From assembly GCF_009914755.1 (NCBI RefSeq), contig NC_060938.1: a stretch of DNA of 64,000 nucleotides. The stretch is one strand, 5' to 3'. The position numbers and the translations under genes are program-made. This DNA is from the human T2T-CHM13v2.0 reference genome, Homo sapiens. Numbering within the stretch: the first letter of the stretch is position 1; every line of letters begins with the position of its first letter. This document shows positions 29,962-46,640 of the stretch, one piece after another. The notes below the pieces were generated by a model. It was given only the letters and a program-made list of their open reading frames with translations. It searched no databases and was not told where the DNA came from.

Positions 29962-31792
29962 GGATCAAAAGCTTTTTTAAAAAAAGAAAGAAATACTTGT
30001 ATTTGTATGCAGTGTTAAAAAAAAACAAAAAAAAATTTAGGAAATTATAGAAATAGCAAATCGAAAGGGAGATAATTTGGAAAAAATGCAGTGAAACATA
30101 CTGCTCTGGTGGGAGAGTAAACTTGTAAGCCATTTTAAAAAGTAATTTAAAAACATGACAATAATCTAAAAAATATTCATTTTCTTCATTGTAATGATTT
30201 TCTCTAGAGAATCTGTCTTCAGGAAAACTCTAAATGCATATAATAATTATTTACAAAGGTATTTGGAAAGTTATGTACACTACCCCAAAATGGAAAACCA
30301 AAATGTCTCATCTTTAAGGGAAAGGCTTAATGACACAAATGGAATATTATGCACCAAATAAATGGTGTTTACAAAGATAATCTACAATGATTATTGAATA
30401 GTAATGATTATTGAATAGTAATAATTAAAAAGAATCAAGATATCGTTGCCACTTAATAAAAATCTGAATAGTGCAAATGTTGGGAAAAAACGCACTGAGA
30501 TATTGATAATGCATATCTTTGCTTGATAAGGTAAGTAGTGATTTTCTCTTTCATCCTATTTTTATCAGTTTTCCAAAATATGCCTTAGTTGATTAAAAGT
30601 CTTTCCAATCCACCATTTTCTGTAAATTTTCTAAAATTACTCTTAGCTCTGAAGTTCAATGACCCTGGTTCAGTCACCTATACCTCACAATGAGAAAGCA
30701 GCAATAACCTCCTGATTGGTTTTGCAGCCACTATTGGATTCCTTTTCTTATATTAATAGTTCATATTTATTCAGTTCTTACTGTGTCTGATGCATTATAT
30801 AAAGCATTTTATATACATTAGCCAATGCATTGTAGTGATATCCCCCATTTTACAGATAAGGAAATTCATACTTAGAGACATTAAGTAGCTTGCTCAAGCT
30901 CACTCAGAGATTAAATGGAGGAGTTTCAAAGCCAGGTTTGTTTGAGGCTGGAATACAAACTCTTAACTATTCTTTCATGATGTCTATCAACATACTTCTC
31001 CAAATTATTCTTGTAGATAAGCAGCCTAATTAATAGAATGTTAACAGAATAGAATGTCCAGTATATGGACTTCCATTTTCATAATATTACCTCCTCAAAA
31101 GCCTCAAAAGTTCCTTGTTTGCTAACAAATAACCTACAAATGAATCCTGGCATTCAAAACCTTTTGTTTTCTAGACCTGAATTCTCCTTCCAACTTGATT
31201 TTCTGCTACATTCTAGCCCATTCTCTCTTTCTTCTATCTGTCCATCCGTCTGTTCAGCTGTCATTGATCTCTCCATGGAATGGCATAAATGCATCTAAGG
31301 AAGTGACTACAATACATCCATCCTGGCGTTAAAAAGTAGAAAAGAAAGGATTTCTGATATATATAATCAGAGAGCTGCTGTATTTTAAAAATAATTTTAA
31401 ACACCCTCTCAGAGGGTATTCTAGGGGTAAAAAACCCTTCACTCGTTTGAATTCTCGCTGAATTTAAAGTGAATGTCTACTTATCATAGCCCAACAAGAT
31501 AAAGAAAAAAGGCCTTTTGAAGTCAAAGCAATACTTTTTTTTTACCTGTGGGAAGGCCTATTCCCTAGATCTGGGAAAGTTTCCTAGAATTCAGCCATAC
31601 ATTTTCTGTGTTTTACATTATCTAGAGCACATGACATCTGCAACTGTGGCAGGAATGACAGAGTAGTTCAACTGGGCAATGAAATGGAGAACTTGGAAAA
31701 CTTGATCATTTGACCTGTATCCAGAATTAATATTGTCAATTCCATGTTATGTACTGAGACTCAATTAGCATTCTTCTGGACTTGTTACTTAC

Positions 31793-31946
31793 AAGTGTGG
31801 TCTGAGAGCCAGCTGTATCAGCATCACCAGTAAACTTGTTAAAATGTGGAATATCCAGCCCCACCTCAGACCTAATGAAACAGAATTCACAGCTTAACAA
31901 AATCCCCAGGTGATTTGCATACATAATTAAGTTTTAGAAGCCCTGA
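31793..31946 (+). mobile_element. MER5A DNA transposon
   Basis: aagtgtggtc...cagcatcacc...ccccacctcagacctaatgaa...ccccaggtgatt...agttttagaagccctg. Confidence 0.75.
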
Positions 31947-31980
31947 CCTGGGAGCACGTTCCATTATTATAACAACTTTC

Positions 31981-31999
31981 TGAACACAAGAGGGCAGTA
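31981..31999 (+). promoter_or_regulatory. CTCF-like motif in TRAV6 promoter
   Basis: TGAACACAAGAGGGCAGTA; ~250 bp upstream of the leader ATG at 32231. Confidence 0.5.
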
Positions 32000-32230
32000 T
32001 TTCCTACCCCCTCAGAGCCTGTCTCAGATGTGAAACGAAGTTCACTGCATAGCTGGATTAGGCCAGTATGTGTAAGGGGCTGAACAGGCTTGCCATTGAT
32101 TGGCTGGATAGGAAGGCCAGAACTTCCTTCTAGGGGTAGAAGAACCCCAGTAACACCTATCAAACTAAACAGAATGGCTTTTTGGCTGAGAAGGCTGGGT
32201 CTACATTTCAGGCCACATTTGGGGAGACGA

Positions 32231-32758
32231 ATGGAGTCATTCCTGGGAGGTGTTTTGCTGATTTTGTGGCTTCAAGTGGACTGTGAGTTGGAGATTTCCT
32301 GTTGATGGAGACAGAGAGATCCAGGGCTGCAGTGCACAGGATGAAGGGGAGGGGCTAGGATCCATTCTTCCCCATCTTTGGTTATATCTGGGGTTGTGGG
32401 AGGAAAATAGACTCAACAGTGTCAGTGTAGTGACTAACCCTCCTACTTTTGGTGTTGTGTTTCTGCCTAGGGGTGAAGAGCCAAAAGATAGAACAGAATT
32501 CCGAGGCCCTGAACATTCAGGAGGGTAAAACGGCCACCCTGACCTGCAACTATACAAACTATTCTCCAGCATACTTACAGTGGTACCGACAAGATCCAGG
32601 AAGAGGCCCTGTTTTCTTGCTACTCATACGTGAAAATGAGAAAGAAAAAAGGAAAGAAAGACTGAAGGTCACCTTTGATACCACCCTTAAACAGAGTTTG
32701 TTTCATATCACAGCCTCCCAGCCTGCAGACTCAGCTACCTACCTCTGTGCTCTAGACA
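32231..32758 (+). CDS. TRAV6: T-cell receptor alpha variable 6 (leader exon 32231-32282, with alternative in-frame ATG at 32174; V-exon 32471-32758)
   Basis: [17 protein letters not shown]|[96 protein letters not shown]; GT at 32283, AG at 32469-32470. Confidence 0.97.
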
Positions 32759-32797
32759 CACAGTAGTGCCCTGGCAGCTGCTTCCTGCACCCAAACT
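32759..32797 (+). other. 23-RSS of TRAV6
   Basis: CACAGTA 32759-32765, 23-bp spacer, ACCCAAACT 32789-32797. Confidence 0.92.
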
Positions 32798-33300
32798 CTG
32801 CTAACTCTCACAATCAGAGCTCATGGCTGTGCTGTCTCCCAAAGGCTAATCACAGCTCCTGACAGAATGGGGGGGTGTTAGTTGAAAGGGCAATTTTCAA
32901 AACAAACAAACAAATGCTCTGAAGAATTCCTCAGAGAAAGGAGGGAGGACTTGCTTTTAAAAAATGCATAAATTCTGCTTAGTTTTTGTGACTAGCCTAG
33001 AGCAGCGTGATAAATTTATGGAGTTAAACACATTACACTTAAGCATTAAAACATGGATTCTTCTAGATGAAAAAATAATCCAAACATTTTTGAGTCCCTT
33101 CCCAAACTGAACACTGAATAATGATGATGATGATGATAATGATAAAAAATTGACCTTTTTAAAAATTGTTCATCTTATGAATGGATAACCATGCTATATT
33201 GGAAAACATGCCATAAGTCATGGCATTGCAGAGATAAATTTAGAGCCCTTGTTTACTATGTATGTGGTATCAGTGAGTAGGTCAATATACAAGTCTTCTT

Positions 33301-33470
33301 TTTCATTTGTTTCTTAAGAGACAGGGTCACACTCTGTCACCCAGGCTGGAGGCTGGAGTGCAATAGCACAATCACAGCTCACTGCAGACCACAACTCCTG
33401 GGCTTAAGTGATCCTCCTGCCTCAGCCTCCTGAGTAGCTGGAATTACAAGCACACACCACCATGCCTGGG
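33301..33470 (-). mobile_element. Alu monomer (FLAM/FRAM-type or AluJ fragment)
   Basis: gagacagggtcacactctgtcacccaggctgg...caccatgcctgg. Confidence 0.8.
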
Positions 33471-34339
33471 TTGTACAACTCTTTTAAGAAAGAGAACTTA
33501 CACCTTCTCATGTTAGGCATGGGTTCTGAGTTGAGGACTTCTCCGTTATTATTGCCTGAATTGCCATTTCTATCAATTTCTGTCATCTATGTATTACCTT
33601 ATTTCTTGATCTATTTTTAGATTATTGCCAAAACAGACAGATCCCATAGGTCATGCATGTTCAGTTACTAACATGGCAGAATCTGTGGGTTTTGACTAAC
33701 TCTGTTTTAGGCTAGGGCTGATATTTCTGTCTGCTTTGGGCCACATACAGTCACTGCCAAAATGATATGATCATGAAGCTGTTTGTGTTTGAGTGTAGGA
33801 AGAGGTGCAGAGAGAATATATGTAGGATAATAGGGGAAGAAAACAATACACCTAGAAAAACAGAATTTGAGGACAAGAAGTCCCTTCTTTTAATCACCAT
33901 TAATAAAATAGAGGCAGCTAGGAATAAGAAAATAATGGGCTCTGAGTCACTGGCATCTGGGATTTGATAGTCAGAGAGAAGGAGAGTTCAATGCAGAGAT
34001 TGTTAACCATAGTTGGACATCTTGAAGGTTCATAAACTCCCTGAAATTGAGAATAGATGGAATATTATTATGACATAATTATTGTTTGGGAGGAGTTTTC
34101 CTCCCATTTCTGGCAATGAACAAGAAAAGATTCATATAATTTGAATATGGATAAGAGTTATGTCAGAACAGGGGGCTGAGAGAAGGATGAGGGATTGTTC
34201 AACAGCTCAGGCCAGAGATGAGGACAGACCTAAGAAATGATTGAATGTAGGAGAATTTAGAAGGGAGTAAATAATTTTCTCCAACAGGAATTGGAATGTC
34301 TTTCCCTTTGTAATAAATGGAGGGTATAAATTACAACTG

Positions 34340-34600
34340 GCAGTACAGCATTCAAAAGTATGGGCGTGGGAGTGCAACATATCGGTGGAAAATTCTGACC
34401 CAGTCAATGACTGGGCTGTGTTGTCTTGGGGAAGTGTTTCTAGATCTCTGAGTACCAAATTCCTCTCCTGTGAAATGCTAGTAATAGAATTACCTCATAG
34501 GATTATTGTTAAGAATACATAAAAGTATAAAAATATATATAAGGCAACTATTGTGGTGGCAGGTACACCAGTGCACTAGAAATTCAACAGACACTTGTTT
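34340..34600 (+). mobile_element. MIR
   Basis: gctgtgttgtcttggggaagtg...tctctgag...ttcctctcctgtgaaatg...tacctcataggattattgttaag. Confidence 0.65.
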
Positions 34601-35103
34601 ATAGTTCATTTCTTTCAGGAAGTTAAAACTCAAATTTTCTGCTCTAAGCATTAAATATATCTTTTTCATGTTCTATTTCTGTAGTCTTTTTACTAATCAC
34701 CTCAAAATCTATTTGAAATGATTTGGTATGTAAATATATAAATGATCTGTATTTCACAAACCAGAGACATTAACAAATATTATTGAGTACCTGCTATGTG
34801 CCAGACACTGCTATATACAGCAGGGATGCATCAATGAATAAAATAGACAGAAGTTTTGGCTCTCCTGGAGCTTATATTTTATTGAAAAAACAGAGTGAAC
34901 AAAAAATGTGATAAGTAATATAGTATGTTAGAAGACAGTAAGTACTATGGGAAAAGTAGACCAGGGTAATGGGGATGGGAAATGTGGAGGTGGAGCTGTC
35001 TGCAGTTGGAATTTTAAATGTGGGGAGGGAGTCATGGTAGTTCTTATTGAATAAGTATGTGAAGAAAGTGGGGGAGGAAGTAATACAGTTATCTAGGAGA
35101 GCA

Positions 35104-35665
35104 TGAACCACCTTGGCAAAATTGTGACGGTAAGAGAAATCTGACATAGCTGACTCCATTTTGCTTCTAACCTCCAAGCTGTCCTGTTCATTCCTGGGTG
35201 TAGGCCAAGCTGACTTTGGGAGAAATTTAGTTTATAGTTTAACCTTAAAGCAAAGATGATAATAGTCCTTCCCCAAACAACCCCTTCCTTGGTTGGGGGA
35301 CCAAAACTGCCTTTGTAAAACTAACAAATTAGCCGTAAGATTAGAAATTATGACTCAGGAGTTATGCAGGCAGAGGTCACAACATTAGTAACCTCCCCAC
35401 TTGCTCCTATGGATATCAACTCTATCATAGGACCTAAGATTGGTGTTCAAGGTATTTTTCAGATTCTAAATCCTGCTGGACCAGCTGGTGCCACCTGGAC
35501 TGGTAAACTGGCTCAACTGGTTTTGTGATCCCATCCAGGAACTGACTCAGCACAAGAAGATATCTTCAACTCCCTGTGATGTCATCCCCAACCCAACCAA
35601 CCAGCATTTGTCAATCACTAGCCCCCTGCCCACCAAATTATCCATAAAAACCCAAATTTTTGGGT
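35104..35665 (+). mobile_element. LTR8-family ERV1 LTR (partial)
   Basis: tgaaccaccttggcaaaattgtgac...gactccattttgcttctaacctccaagctgtcc...ttagtttatagttt matches recalled LTR8. Confidence 0.7.
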
Positions 35666-38600
35666 CTCCAAATTTTTGAGTGCTGTGGGTGGGGGTCTGG
35701 ATTCTTGATTTTGGGCTTTGAGTCTATTCCTGATGACTTTTGGCTTGGTAAAAAGTCTTGATTTAGAGCCAGCTCTTTTACATGGTTTAATAAAATAATC
35801 CACGCATTATTATTAATGCAAAGATTAATTATTAATTAATAATACATATTATTAATGCATAGATTATTATTAGTGTACTTCTCTGTATGGAAAAGAAGTC
35901 TGATCTCTTTAGGGTACTGTTTTAACTCAACCGTGGGTCCTTCTTACTGGAAAGATTTCTTTCTTTGGTACACCATAATTTATTCATTGTTTTCATAAGC
36001 ATCATTGCAGAGGAAACAGAGATTTTTGTTTTTTAGGAAAGCTGATCCAAAATTTAGAGATTATGAGTTTATTGGAGGTCTATGATTAAAATAGGATTAC
36101 CATACAAAATATTTTTTAAGGCAAAACAATCTTTCATTTTATTTGTTTGCACAGGTGACACCATTATCCACATGGAACCACAAGGATTTATGAAAATTCT
36201 GGCATGTCTTGCCAGTTGTTCCAACTGAAAACTATCCTATGCGTGGAAATTTGCTTCTACCTCAGAGTCTAAAATTTAAGCTAAGAATCTTGAGTATGCT
36301 GTGGTAAAATAGAAAGAATAACTACATTTAAGTAAATATCGAGCAACTATTTGCTTTCCTTATTTTCCTCCCAACTCTTCTGGTTTTAATAAGATTTTCT
36401 AGTTATTTAAATTGAACTATTTAGTTGATTTAAGTTGAACCAACCCAAGAAACAGGAAACTAGTTAAGTCACCACTTGAGCAAAAGAGAAAGACGAGAAT
36501 TAAGTTAGGTTGACAAGTGTGAGAAGAAAAAAGAGAAAAAGTTTTGTTGATCTTTTTAACCTCTTAAATATCTCATATTTGTCTATTTTCCACCGTCACC
36601 ACCACCTGGAGGAATGCAGTAGCCTCCTAATTGTTATGTCTGTATTTACTTTAGCTTTTGCATTTCTGATCTATTTAATACATTAGCCTGCCAAGATATT
36701 TTAAAAAATGTGAATTTAATCCTATCATCTCCCTGCTTAAAATACTCTTAAGCCTTCCTGTTGTGTTTATCAAAGGCCGAAATCCTTACCAAAACCCCTC
36801 CAGGGTTTGCTCCCTACTTCTTCTCTAGTTAATTTTTACTGCAATGCCCTTTTCATTCTTTTATGCTCCCATCCCATAGGTCAGTTTTTATTTCCTTGAA
36901 AGTGCCAGATATCCCTTACCTTGGAGTCTTCCAAGATACCATTTTCCCTGCCTGGAATTTTCCCTCATTCTTTCCGTGAGATCCCAATTCAATTGTCTTT
37001 TGGAAAAACCTTCTTTGACACTTCACCCAGTTTTCAAATAGATAAAATTTCTTTATGTAAGTTCTCAAAACACCTTCCTATTAGCTATTATTAGATGAGT
37101 TTGTGTTCCATGAAAGCAGGAACTATGTTTATCGTTTTCTTAGCATTCTATTACTAGAAAACTATGACCTATGGCTCATCTAGACAATGGAGTCACTGTG
37201 TCTAAAACTAATACTAAGATAAAGATGGTGGAAGGTCATGAATGTTCTTTTTCTAAATAAAGACCTGTTTTTGATCTCCACCCTTGGACTTTTCCAGTTT
37301 TGTTTTCATAGCTCTTCATATTGCCAGGCTGTACTACTTTTTGAGGAGACGGTTTCCATGTCGAATTAGCTCCCCTGTGAAATGGGTTTCTTTCCCTTTA
37401 TTCTAACCTGGTCTTCCTAAAGTTCTATAGGGAGGCTGTGTCTAACCATCATGAAATTTGATGAGCCTGTACTCTGATGATTTTACAGGTCCATCCTGTG
37501 CTTCTCATGATTTTACAGGTTCCTGTCCCAGCTGGTCTATCTTTTTATTACAGATGTGAGTGTCTTGATGTAGAAATCTCTCTTCTCTGCTGTATGCTTC
37601 CTACCCAGCAACTTTTATTTTTATTAACTGGAATGTGTCTCACTATGTTGCTGTTTTCTAAATCTGTTAGGAGATAAGACATTCTGCTTCAGTTGGATGT
37701 TGTTTATCATGTATTGTATTACAATAAAAATGTATGAAACTTTATTATAGTATATAATGTTATTCTGGACTACATGCATCTATCAATAAATAATTGTTAG
37801 GCATATTCTGTGCTCCAGGCATCTTACTACATGCTGTTAAAATACAGCTCCTGCCTTGAAGCCCTTACTGGTCACACATCAGAAACTCTTCTTGTTCCTA
37901 AAATGACAAATCAAACAAACAAGAATAAAACAAACCTCTTTTTTGTATTTCTGTCTTCACATTGCTATGTATTTGTTTCAAAGAATGAAAATTGGTTTCT
38001 ATCTGAAACTAGTAATTATTAACATTTGTTTAGTACTGACTACATGTAAAGTATGGGGTTAAAATTTTTACAAAACATTGTTACTTAACTTTCATAGCAA
38101 TATCTGAGAAGATTTCTTTATCATGATGATGAAACTATTACTGGCACTATATAAAATATTCATAATAAGAGCCACTGACTTAGCCAGCACAAAAGTTAGA
38201 TTTGAACCGTGTCTACCAGATGCCCAACGCCAATATTTAAGCACTATTTACTGCTACTAGCCTAGAGATCTCTGTTTTCTGATGATGCAGCTTGGACATG
38301 TATCATTCCTGTATTCATTTGAGGAAAAGAAACAAAGTGGAAGCTCAATAGTAAGTAAGCCAATTATTTGCAGCTGCCTGTACCTCAGCACACAGAAGCC
38401 AGTCAATCAGTGAAAGTGTTCTTTGATATTGAGTTATATAATTACTGAAGAGTCCTGCTTAAACAGATGTTGCTGTGTAGGCGCTCCAGCCATAGCCTGG
38501 ATTTTAGTAGATCCTGGAGATACCTGCAACAATAGATCATGGAGACACCTGTTATGTACTTAATAAGCATATTTTCCAAATTAGAAAATGGAACATATGA

Positions 38601-39099
38601 TGTGATAATTGTAAGTAAACACAATAGACATATGCAGGACACTATATACAGATAGGTATTTCCCAGCATGTATTTGTATTTTTAACAAACAATGTTTTGT
38701 TGCTGCTGCTTGGCATCAATATAGGCAACTGGGCAGATGTTGGCAGTGAGGGGGAGAAGGGTAAGTTTACCAGATTCTTCTTAGTTGGTTATTAGAAATG
38801 AATGCACTAGTTAGTGTAAACAACTTTGCTTTCTTATCATGAGCTGAAAAATTTTCACCTTAGGAACTGACTAGAGAATGTACAACATTCAGAAGCCTGA
38901 AGGTACGTAACTATTAGTTCTCAGGCAGTCTTCAAAGCCCATCATAAATAGCATTTGTCATCAAATCCTCCCATACATTATAATGTGCTGTAGCTGAATA
39001 CAGTTACTGGTTGAATTATTGATCTTGCTAAAAATTAAACTTTACCTATTTGTATTTCCAAGTGTCATTGTTACTCAAATAAGGAAGAGTTAGTAAAAA

Positions 39100-39720
39100 A
39101 AAGTTTTGACAAATGGCACTCAAACAATTTGGTATGCTTACATATAGAAAAATAAACCATTATCCTTATCTTACATTGTACACCAAAATAAAGTCAAAAT
39201 GGGTCATAGATCTAAAGGTAAAGGAAAAGCTGTAGACCTAGAAGAAAACATTGGAGAAGTTATTCACAACTTTTGGGTAATAAAAATTTCATAGGTATGA
39301 CACCAAAATCATAAACCACAATGAGGAAAAATCATGTCTTGGACTTCATCAAAATTAAAAACTTCTGCTCTTTCATTAATAAAATGAAAAGACAAGCTTT
39401 AGACTGGGAGAAATATTCTCATGCTCTTGATGCCCATATCTGACAAAGGACTTGTTTTCAGATATCTAAAGAAGCCCTACACCTTAATAATAAAAAGAAA
39501 AAAAGATATAAGTAGTCAAAAGATCTGAATAAACAGTTCACAAAAGAAGATATGTAAATGGCAAATGAGTACATGAAAAGATGCTCACATCACTGGTTAT
39601 CAGATGAATGCAAATCAAAAGCATGAGATACACTACATACTCACCCAAATGGTGAAAATTAAAAAAACCTATAATTCTAAGTATTGGCTGGGATGTGGGG
39701 TAACGAACTCTCATACTTCT
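39100..39720 (+). mobile_element. Old L1M ORF2 3' fragment
   Basis: ggacttcatcaaaattaaaaacttctgctc...gactgggagaaatatt...catgaaaagatgctcacatcac. Confidence 0.75.
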
Positions 39721-40448
39721 CTGTGATGGTTGGGGGACACAGCAGTGTATTTCTCTGCACTTATTGAAGCCACTGAGAGAGAAATGATGAAGATGGGTCT
39801 AGGAGAGGCATGTCTAACCCCAGGACTCTGCTTGAAATGCCCAGCTGCTTCTGGAGCCAACAGGAAAATCACCACACAGACAAGAAGTGGCTAGGGGTGT
39901 GGCAACACAGATGTGGAGGTTACAGAGAAAACATTCATTGTAAGAAAAACACCTCCTGTCTGAGCCCAAAGAGCGCATCTACCAGATGTATCATTTACCA
40001 GAAACATCTTTACCTGTGAATCTTGACTTGAAGGTGAGTTTAAAATCACTATCAATTAACAATTAAGGTTAACAATTACAACAATTGGCTGTGTCTTAAT
40101 TAAACTAAACTGGCTAATGAATTGGCTAATGAGACTCAGAAATACGTGTCTGAAAATAAGTAAAATAGCTGTGAGTTGTTGGATGTTCAAATTCACTCAT
40201 TCAACAAATATTTTGAGTGTCTACCATGTTCCAGAAATTGTTCTAAATATTAATGCATCTCTTTGTTTCTTAAAAATAAATACTGTTTCACAAATAATTT
40301 GGTTATAGGCCAGTGTGTTAAGTCACAGGGCTTTCCCCCATGGAGACCTAAATGTCTGCATTTGTGTCAGAACAATACTTTCCAAATGATCTAGTTCCCT
40401 GGAGTGTGCAGATTACTTGTGTTAATGGCTTGTGATGGTGACCCCATC

Positions 40449-40991
40449 TATCAGAGGTGTTTGAACCAGAGCAACTCCATCTTGAATGGGGGCTGGGTAA
40501 AATGAGGCTGAGACTTACTGGGCTGCATTCTCAGACAGTTAGGCATTCTAAGTCACAGGAGGTCAGCACAAGATACAGGTCATAAAGACCTTGCTGATAA
40601 AACAGTTTGAAATAAAGAAGCTGGCCAAAACCCACCAAAACCAAGATAGCTAAGAGAGTGACCTCTGGTCATCCTCACTGCTGTGCTCCCACCGAACCAT
40701 GACAGGTTAGAAATGCCATGACAACATCAGGAAGTTACCCTATACGGTCTAAAAAGGGGAGGCATGAATAATCCACTCCTTGTTTAGCATATACTCAAGA
40801 AATAACCATAAAAATGGGCCACCAGCAGTCCTCAGGGCTGCTCTGTCTATGGAGTAGCCGTTCTTTTATTTCTTTACTTTCTTGATAAACTTGCTTTCAC
40901 TTTATTCTATGGACTCACCCTGAATTCTTTCTTGTGCAAGATCCAAGAACCCTCTCTTAGGGGTCTGGATCGGGACCCCTTTCTGGTAGCA
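40449..40991 (+). mobile_element. MER41A solo LTR (ERV1)
   Basis: t(a)tcagaggtgtttgaaccagagcaactccatcttg...gggtctggatcgggacccctttctggtagca; 4-bp TSD CATC on both sides. Confidence 0.88.
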
Positions 40992-41003
40992 CATCTGCAC
41001 TAA

Positions 41004-41408
<405 letters not shown>

Positions 41409-42583
41409 TCCAAACTGGTTTTTGAAGTGTTATAACTTTGTGATTTGACTCTCGAGAGTGGTTTCTGAGAGTCCCTGTTTCACCACTTCCTTGACAGCCT
41501 TGGTATTGTCAAACTTAAATTTTGTTCGTCAACCTGATAAGTGTAAATGCTTTAATTTGCATTTGATTACTAGTGAAGGGTATCATCTTTTTATATACTT
41601 ATTAGTCAAATGAGTTCCTTCTTTTCTGAATTCGCTGCTCTTCTATGGAGCTTTCACTATTCTCTACATGATTTATGGGCATTTATTATAGGTTCTTGAA
41701 AATAATCTAGTGTAACCTGTCTTGATAAATGTCTTCCATATATGGCTTGCTTCTTCGTTTTACCTATGGTTATTTTGTATGCAGATAGTTAAAATTTTAA
41801 TGTAGTCAAATTACTAGTCTTTTCTTTTATAGTTTAGTGTTTAGTATCAAAGATAACAATCTTTCTTACTATGAGGCCTTAATACAGTGTTTTCCAATGT
41901 TTTCTTCTAATTATTTTAAATTTAATTTTTCTCATTTGGGTATAGTAATGTTGTTTTTGAACAAAGCTTGAGGAAAAGTTATATTTTATCTCTCCCCACA
42001 CCAATAAATAATACTAGGTATTCAACAGTTTAATCTTTCTCCCATATTGGTTCTTCCGTCTGTTTCCCAGCTAATTATCTTCCACTACTGAAACAAGATC
42101 TTCCTGAGAACTCTACCTAATAATCCATGAATTAGGAGTTTTTCCAGTTTGACTGCTGGGAACAGGCAGGATTCTTGTTCCCAAGGGAGCACCAAGTGGG
42201 CAGTGCTCCTTGTAATCCTCTTGGATGTTTTTTTCCGCTGGCCTCAGGTAGTTGTCTCCCATGCATGTGCTGGCCAGTATTCTGCTGGGTACTCAAGGGA
42301 GACCCTACGCAGATCTCTGCAGTTTTTTCTCGGTGCATCTCTTTTCCATTGGGTGCCCTATGATGTGAATTCTATCTGCCTTGATCTCCCAGATCTGAAC
42401 TCTGTTTCAACTCACAGAACTGAAAAAGAAGTTAACCCGAGCCCCTTCCCCATTTATTATGAAAGACAGGAATTTTTCATAGAAACATTTCAAAGCGAAT
42501 GTTAAATTAGCATTTTAAAAGTTATATTTTAGGCAAATTTCCAGATAAACAAACTGGTTAAGACACAATTTTTTCACTTCTAA

Positions 42584-42920
<337 letters not shown>

Positions 42921-43512
42921 AATAAAAGTAGATTCTCTAGTCTTCCCAGGACGTAATGGATCTGATTGGCCCTGTCCAATCAGTGCTGCTGATTTCCTTC
43001 CAGTCTGCTCTTAGCTTTGTATTTACGTTCTCCATTATTTTCTGGAGAAAGACTATCCAAAAGCCATATCTAAAGAACTGCCTTTTGGGGAGATTTGTAA
43101 AAGCTACAGTGTTGCTAATCTAAATCAAATGTAACTATTTTATAATTACACATAAAGTAGATTAAATGAATTATAGGCAAAAGGAAAATTATTTGATTCT
43201 TAGTGGATAAATGGTATGCAAAAGGATTTATATTCTTAGTACACGGTACTATTCACAGATCTGTACTGTTACTATAAACACAGCTACACATGCTTATCTT
43301 TCTGCTATTTAGAAGAAATTAAAGAGGAAAGCTGGAAGCATCAAATCTGCATGATGTTTTTGGGGGATGGAGTAGGGAGGTTGTGGCTATCATGGGTGCA
43401 AAGTTGAGTTGGCAAGAGTCAAAGGGGACTTCTAGTTTTAATTTTAATTGATGTTTTTTCAAAGCATGCCATTGATGTCATTCACATAATATTATTTAAA
43501 ATGATGTGGATA

Positions 43513-43830
43513 GGCTGGGTGTGGTGAGCCCATGCCTGTAATCCCAGAATTTTGGGAGGCCGAAGTGGGCAGATCACTTGAGGCCAGGAGTTCAAGACCA
43601 GCCTGGGCAACATAGTGAAACTCTGTCAACCCTGTCTCTACTAAAAATACAAAAATTAGCCAGGAGTACTGGCACACGCCTATAATTCCAGGTTCTTGGG
43701 AGGCTGAGGCACAACAATTGCTTAAACCCTGGAGGTGGAGATTGCTGTGAGCTGAGATTGCACCCCTGGACTCCAGCCTGGTGGAGTGACACAGTGAGAC
43801 TCTGTCTCCAAAAAAAAAAAAAAAAAAAAA
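43513..43830 (+). mobile_element. Alu (AluJ/S)
   Basis: ggctgggtgtggtg...gactctgtctcc plus A tail; approximate TSD aaa(t)gatNtggata. Confidence 0.9.
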
Positions 43831-44186
43831 GATCTGGATAAAATCAAATGGATTTTGATTTTGTCAATAGTGGTATGATCTGGGTTACTCTCTATAATAT
43901 AATTTGTTATAGTTAAAAAAAATTTGTGCTTGAAATCAAGATACGGTTGAGGCTGGGGATATGAAGCCACTTATCTTTTGATTAATTCGAAGTTTACAGC
44001 TCTATGATACAATCATATGCTGTTGCCTAAAAATATAATACTGACATCTTAAATGTAAGTTTTCCTCCAAGATATTTCTTTCTCACACTGCATTCTTGAC
44101 TGAGTGACTAAGGTTTGTCATCACATTCTCTTACCTCTCTCTAAGGATTCTGCCATATTTGCTCCCAGCACCCATGTATCTGATCC

Positions 44187-46103
<1,917 letters not shown>

Positions 46104-46430
46104 ACTGTGTGTTATTTGGAACCTCCGTGTACCTATGTTAGCTTTCCTTGGCTTTATCAGTTGAGATTGTTGCATTTTGAAGAGAACATATATCCAGTTC
46201 TTCTGTTTTGCCCATCTGCTCCATAATCACTGGTGATAGTTTTGCTCTGAGATAGATCAGGCCTCAATGAACAGATTAATAAAAGAAAAACACAGGAGAA
46301 AGTCATGATAATCACATTATAGAGGCTTATAAAATAAGAACAATTCCTCCAATTTAGAAGTTGGAGGAATTTTTGCACGTGGTGTTAGCAGATGTGCACA
46401 GCGTTAACATTTCTTTAATAATTTTGCTTA

Positions 46431-46449
46431 TAGCCACAAGGTGACAGGG
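46431..46449 (+). promoter_or_regulatory. Degenerate CTCF-like motif in TRAV7 promoter
   Basis: TAGCCACAAGGTGACAGGG, same as the TRAV5 motif except core GGC->GAC; 210 bp upstream of the ATG. Confidence 0.5.
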
Positions 46450-46640
46450 GTTCTCTTTCATTTGTAAACTATGTCTTTCTTATACCTAGGAAGTATGTTT
46501 ACGTTAGAAGAGCATATTGCTGATTGGTTGACAGACAGACAGGCTGTTTCATTTATTAGATTAAAAGAAACAAACAATAAAAGCTTTGTTTGGCTACATA
46601 ATTTTATGCAGCATTTTTGGTATCAAGACAAAGTATCAGG

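Noticed and set aside
30386-30419. 17-bp tandem duplication AATGATTATTGAATAGT x2 (similar 12-bp repeat at ~2957-2985)
   Set aside because: Ordinary slippage duplications in AT-rich DNA with no spacer structure; not CRISPR-like and no evident function.
38539-38616. ATGGAGACACCTG... followed by gtaagt as a possible orphan TRAV leader exon
   Set aside because: It lacks the hydrophobic core and LWLQ-type motif, is too long, and no V-exon relic follows.
40449-40991. MER41 LTR as an interferon-gamma/STAT1-inducible enhancer
   Set aside because: This copy lacks the tandem TTCC(G/C)GGAA GAS segment of MER41B (it reads ggggaggcatgaataatcc directly), so it is MER41A-like.
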